Assembly (NCBI GenBank): GCA_965198235.1 | Contig: OZ240248.1 | Location: 832,001 to 896,000 of the forward strand | From: Candidatus Poribacteria bacterium | Lineage (GTDB): Bacteria; Poribacteria; WGA-4E; WGA-3G | DNA length: 64,000 nt | Direction: 5' to 3' | In this document: positions 60,279 to 64,000 of the stretch, in pieces | Layout: every line of letters begins with the position of its first letter | How positions within the stretch are numbered: position 1 is the stretch's first letter | The notes under the pieces: generated by a model | What the model saw: the letters and a program-made list of their open reading frames with translations, nothing else | Databases searched by the model: none | What the model was told of the DNA's origin: nothing | Made by a program: the position numbers and the translations under genes

Positions 60279-61046
60279 CTAAATCTCTTGGAGACAACGC
60301 CTGATATAAGGCACATCGTCCACCCACAAACCATCAATACCACCAGCTTTCTGCGGTGAAACCGCCCAAGCAACATCTTTTGCCGTCTGAATAAACCCGG
60401 CATCCACAACAATCCCGTTTGCTTGGAGCTGCTTGACTTGGCGCGTAACAGTCTGCGTGAAAGTGTTATAAAGCCCGAAGTGATTAATCCCATTCCAGCC
60501 CAAGATGATGCGGTTCGCCTCAATAGCAGTCGCTGCCTTGAGGAAGTTCGCCGCGGGATTAATGAGAATCGCGCTCGTCTGCAACTTTGGTTCTAAACGT
60601 TTAGCGTCTACAAGCAGATGCCTTCGGAAATAAAAAGTGAGAATATTGACAAGACGAACGATATCGAAGTAGCGGATCCGTTCTACGATGATAGGGAGTA
60701 ATTCTGGGGTGTCCGCCTTCGGTTCAATGAAGCACGGCATTCGGTTTTCTCGTGCGAAACGGAGCGCGTCATCAAGGTGGGCAACAGGTTCATTAGACGC
60801 CTCCATCGTTAGTTGCTGTACCTCTTTCCAAGTAAGTTCACTGAGGGATTTGGAGCACCCCGTAGCTTTTTGAATACTGTGTCGGTTGAAGCCAACGTGA
60901 ATTAGGACAGGTTGCTTATCTTGGGTAAGACAGACATCACACTCATATCCATCAGCACCGTCCGTCAATGCCTGCCTGAAGGAAGCAAGGGTGTTTTCGG
61001 GGGCACGCCCCATGCCTCCTCGATGTGCGAGAAGTCGAATATTCAT
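60279..61046 (-). CDS. Glycerophosphodiester phosphodiesterase family protein
   Basis: AHRG....PENTLASF..A...GADG.E.DV..T.D..PVLIH, E.K. Confidence 0.9.
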   Translation of the reverse strand: MNIRLLAHRGGMGRAPENTLASFRQALTDGADGYECDVCLTQDKQPVLIHVGFNRHSIQKATGCSKSLSELTWKEVQQLTMEASNEPVAHLDDALRFARENRMPCFIEPKADTPELLPIIVERIRYFDIVRLVNILTFYFRRHLLVDAKRLEPKLQTSAILINPAANFLKAATAIEANRIILGWNGINHFGLYNTFTQTVTRQVKQLQANGIVVDAGFIQTAKDVAWAVSPQKAGGIDGLWVDDVPYIRRCLQEI

Positions 61047-61234
61047 TTTTTAATTTCACCTTGCGGTTCGGTCAGATGGATTGGGTATTGATGTTCTATT
61101 CCGTAGATCCGCCCTCCGCTACGCTTACGGGCTACAATTTTGAACCTTTGCAGCGTAGACTATGAGTCTGTGTCTTCACCAGAAACCTGCGCGTAATGGA
61201 ATGGAGCGCAGCCCAGGAGCACATAGTTAAAAAA
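61046..61234 (+). repeat. Modular repeat, copy R8
   Basis: ccttgcggttcg left arm and insert-free right arm aaacctgcgcgtaatggaatggagcgcagcccaggagcacatagttaaaaa. Confidence 0.75.
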
Positions 61235-61955
61235 CCTTCTTATGCCACATTCGCTCAAAGTTATCTTGGGGGGCAAAACCTAAGATGCGTTTCGTTTTGA
61301 CATTGGAGAACTGCTGATGCGGTAAATCTGCGAAGATATTGAAAATCTCACAGCGTGATGGGAGGTCTTCCAAATCAATCTCCAAACCCAACCGGAAGGC
61401 TTCGCCTGCGTCGCGCCAACTGACAGAAAAGGGATTGAGATCGGTGCCTTCCGCTGGATCCTCGTGCTCCCGGAAACTCAGGAATAGATAGCAGAGGACA
61501 TAGATGTCGTAATGTTCAGTAAAGACTTTACAGATTTCCTGTCCTAACCCCTTGGTCAACGGATAGAGTCCGGTGCTTGTGTGTGGTGGAACATCCGGGT
61601 TAATCTCGTAATCGTAGGTGGTATAGTCATCCCCTTGGATGGTGAAATGTGGTCCCGTGTTGATAACGCGACGGATACCGTGTTCGACAGCAGCGCGCAT
61701 CATATTGTAACATCCACGTGTACTAACATCAAAAGCCAGCTGTCGGTCGTGTCGTAGGACGGAGCAATTGAGAATCGCGTCCATCCCTTCAGCCGCTCGC
61801 ATAACCTGATCCAGCGAACCGACATCAATGTGCATCGATTCATGTTTCGTTTCAATCTCGTTGATGTCTGTGACGCGCAAAGTATAGTAAGGTTCCAATG
61901 CCTCAACAACATGCGGTCCAAGATAACCGTTACCACCTAAAATGAGAACTTTCAT
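61227..61955 (-). CDS. NAD-dependent epimerase / uronate-dehydrogenase-like SDR
   Basis: GGNGYLG; YPLTK catalytic motif. Confidence 0.88.
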   Translation of the reverse strand: MKVLILGGNGYLGPHVVEALEPYYTLRVTDINEIETKHESMHIDVGSLDQVMRAAEGMDAILNCSVLRHDRQLAFDVSTRGCYNMMRAAVEHGIRRVINTGPHFTIQGDDYTTYDYEINPDVPPHTSTGLYPLTKGLGQEICKVFTEHYDIYVLCYLFLSFREHEDPAEGTDLNPFSVSWRDAGEAFRLGLEIDLEDLPSRCEIFNIFADLPHQQFSNVKTKRILGFAPQDNFERMWHKKVF

Positions 61956-61985
61956 GGTTATACTCCATTGAGAAAAATGTCACTT

Positions 61986-62696
61986 CTACTGAGATGATGG
62001 CACGAATTGCGGATCGAACTTCAGATGTCCCTTGGCTTTCCCGATCAAAAAACGGGAACCGGGGAACCCTGACTGGATGTGAAAGATTCGCCACGGCGAG
62101 GACGATTCGAGCGCACCTTGAAAGGCGGTGACTGCATCGTTGATCTCAAGCCACATTGAATCCGATTCGGCGGTTGCTACAGCATCAGCAGTAACGAGGT
62201 TACCAAGACGGAGGCACGTCACGTTGAGTTTGCCTTCGCGACCGAATTCTCTACACGTGAACTCACCAAGATGCTTCGACAGCACGAAACTATCGACAGA
62301 AGGACGAGGTCGCCAACTCTCTGTAACCGTCCAGTCTTCACCGTGTTGCTCAAAGAGACGGAGCGTGCTTGCGTAAATAGCATGTTTCACGCCTTCCTCC
62401 GATGCTGCCATCAGTAGGTTATAAGTGCAGCGCGTCTGATAATCGATAGCGTAATTGTTGGGTTGGTCGGCTTCGGCAAGGAGATTAGCGGGTATTTCAG
62501 CGATGTGGATAAGGGTATCCATGCCGCGCACCAGTTCGTTGGTTGACTCGTCGTGCCCAAGTTCGCTTTGCACGAACGTTCCTTCAACATTGTCAACCGG
62601 ATACAACTCTGTCAAGCGGAGCGTGTGTTCTTCCGCTAATGCTCCCGCTACGTTGCGCGCCAGTTCAGAACCAGCGGAGGTAATCAAGATGTTCAT
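61986..62696 (-). CDS. Extended-SDR homolog with degenerate motifs
   Basis: ITSAGSELA replaces GxxGxxG and FVLSK replaces YxxxK; YAST and LRLG retained. Confidence 0.8.
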   Translation of the reverse strand: MNILITSAGSELARNVAGALAEEHTLRLTELYPVDNVEGTFVQSELGHDESTNELVRGMDTLIHIAEIPANLLAEADQPNNYAIDYQTRCTYNLLMAASEEGVKHAIYASTLRLFEQHGEDWTVTESWRPRPSVDSFVLSKHLGEFTCREFGREGKLNVTCLRLGNLVTADAVATAESDSMWLEINDAVTAFQGALESSSPWRIFHIQSGFPGSRFLIGKAKGHLKFDPQFVPSSQ

Positions 62697-62896
62697 AATT
62701 TTTTAATTTTAAGGTTTCTGCTCCGATTTTTCCGTTTTGATCATCAACTCGTGCCCTTACAAAATGTGGAAGACGAGTTGATGATCAAAAAATCGGGTTT
62801 CCGACAAGGGCAAACAATATCGGAGGAATTAATGGTTTTAAACCCTACCTCTGCTAACACTTGGACACCATACAAAAATTACGCTGTGTCCTATTC

Positions 62897-63304
62897 CTAT
62901 AAAGCATTTCGAATTTTTGCCGCGATGTTGCCGATTTCCTCCATATCCCCTTCGCTCGGTCGCCACGGTAACCGAAGCGGGTCGCCTTCCCATCGTGGGA
63001 TCAAGTGGAGATGGAAATGGAAAACGGTCTGAAATCCTGCGGCTTCATTCGACTGAAAGAGGTTGAGCCCATCAGGGTTCAATGCAGTCCGGATCGCGTT
63101 TGCGAGTGGAACCGCGGTTTGCATAATTTTACTGCCTACTTCTGCAGGCATATCATAGATATTTCTATAATGCTGCTTCGGTATAACGAGGGTATGTCCC
63201 GGGTTCGCGGGGGCAATATCCATAAAAGCGAAAACGTGTTCATCTTCATACACCGTGGTTGCCGGAATATCACCAGCAACAATCGCACAAAAGATACAAT
63301 CCAT
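62897..63304 (-). CDS. HIT family hydrolase
   Basis: DCIFC, GHTLVIPK.H, QTVFHFHLHLIPR. Confidence 0.95.
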   Translation of the reverse strand: MDCIFCAIVAGDIPATTVYEDEHVFAFMDIAPANPGHTLVIPKQHYRNIYDMPAEVGSKIMQTAVPLANAIRTALNPDGLNLFQSNEAAGFQTVFHFHLHLIPRWEGDPLRLPWRPSEGDMEEIGNIAAKIRNAL

Positions 63305-63520
63305 TTTCTTTAATTTTCCTTGCGGTTAAACGACGCGAACTTGGAATTTGACATGCCTTCCTTAAATCTGAAGAAACACCGGATTTAGTCTGGGAATAGA
63401 CTGGATTTAGTCTGGGAATAGACTAAATCCATTCCTTGTATTACATTTCCATTCCTTGTATTACATTGCAAAAACCCTTCCATTTCATTACAGGCTATGT
63501 AATTTGAATTAAGGGGAAAA
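63304..63520 (+). repeat. Modular repeat, copy R9, with internal tandem duplications
   Basis: ttttccttgcggtt arm; 22-bp x2 (63381-63424) and 20-bp x2 (63428-63467); cttccatttcattacaggct. Confidence 0.7.
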
Positions 63521-63675
63521 TAAAAGAGTTTCAAAAAACGGGTCTTTTCATTATTTTAGCAAATTCAGCACAGAAAATCAATCGGAAATTTGTCCTCAAA
63601 AATGCAGAAACGTGATATACTGATTTATGGCAGAGTGAGGGAAATGTTGAATGACAAAAGCAAAGGAGAATCAGC

Positions 63676-64000
63676 ATGAAACAGATTTTCACCCTTCCAC
63701 TCATAGCACCGTTCGGTATTCTTGCCAGTTTTCTCCTCTTTTCAGGGTGTGCCAGCAAACATATCAAGACCGAGGCATCCGAAACGCGTTTTGAAGATGG
63801 ACAAACTGTCCATTTGCCCCCAGAGAAATCTGCGAAGGCGAAGAAACCGAAAGAAGATTTTATCATCGGATTCAACCCGTTCAAGGATGATCCAGATAAT
63901 CCCAGTCCGCACAACCCACTCATCAAGAAGTTCGGGGACATTCCGCAAGTCCGCACCTTTATGCGGTTGCAAAGAAAATATTTGAGTGGCACATCCCTCA
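63676..64000 (+). CDS. Lipoprotein, partial (runs off the window end)
   Basis: RBS AAGGAG; MKQIFTLPLIAPFGILASFLLFSGC lipobox; frame open to the end. Confidence 0.7.
   Translation, partial: MKQIFTLPLIAPFGILASFLLFSGCASKHIKTEASETRFEDGQTVHLPPEKSAKAKKPKEDFIIGFNPFKDDPDNPSPHNPLIKKFGDIPQVRTFMRLQRKYLSGTSL

Noticed and set aside
63381-63467. CRISPR array
   Set aside because: Units are directly adjacent with no spacers.
63531-63992. 153-aa minus-strand ORF
   Set aside because: Antisense to the partial lipoprotein starting at 63676.

Overview
Bacterial chromosomal window of about 48% GC (estimated by eye). It is most likely Candidatus Poribacteria or a relative; this is an inference from the PhyH, LamG and FGE-type genes and from the recurrent C-terminal V(E/D)PxxKLxTxWxxLK motif. 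Gene content: a partial cohesin + Spondin_N surface protein; a cupin, a triple DUF5069-like protein, a beta-helix protein and PhyH; a Fur-boxed iron-uptake locus (porin, imelysin, di-haem protein, IsdG-like, PepSY-TM, and a TonB receptor cut by an IS5 element); transporter components; a TPP-riboswitch thiamine operon (thiX/thiY/thiO/thiS/thiG); GlnT/GMAS; a cluster of secreted proteins sharing a C-terminal Trp motif; nadA; a PorV-family barrel downstream of a 2262-aa Ig-repeat protein with a T9SS-like C-terminal domain; dehydrogenases and nnr; a decaying ABC exporter locus; and small enzymes. Best novelty candidates: (1) a ~420-nt, highly structured minus-strand RNA at 26014-26432 with no credible ORF, a perfect sigma70 promoter and an IS200/IS605 (TnpB omegaRNA-like) 3' end abutting thiG; (2) a putative short C-terminal sorting signal beside a T9SS-like PorV/CTD pair, including an orphan in-frame second C-terminus after a stop codon; (3) a modular, nested intergenic repeat family that also enters gene N-termini in frame; (4) IS701-type MITEs with a target duplication and a parental transposase remnant. 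No rRNA, tRNA or CRISPR array was recognised. All family calls are by eye, without database searches.
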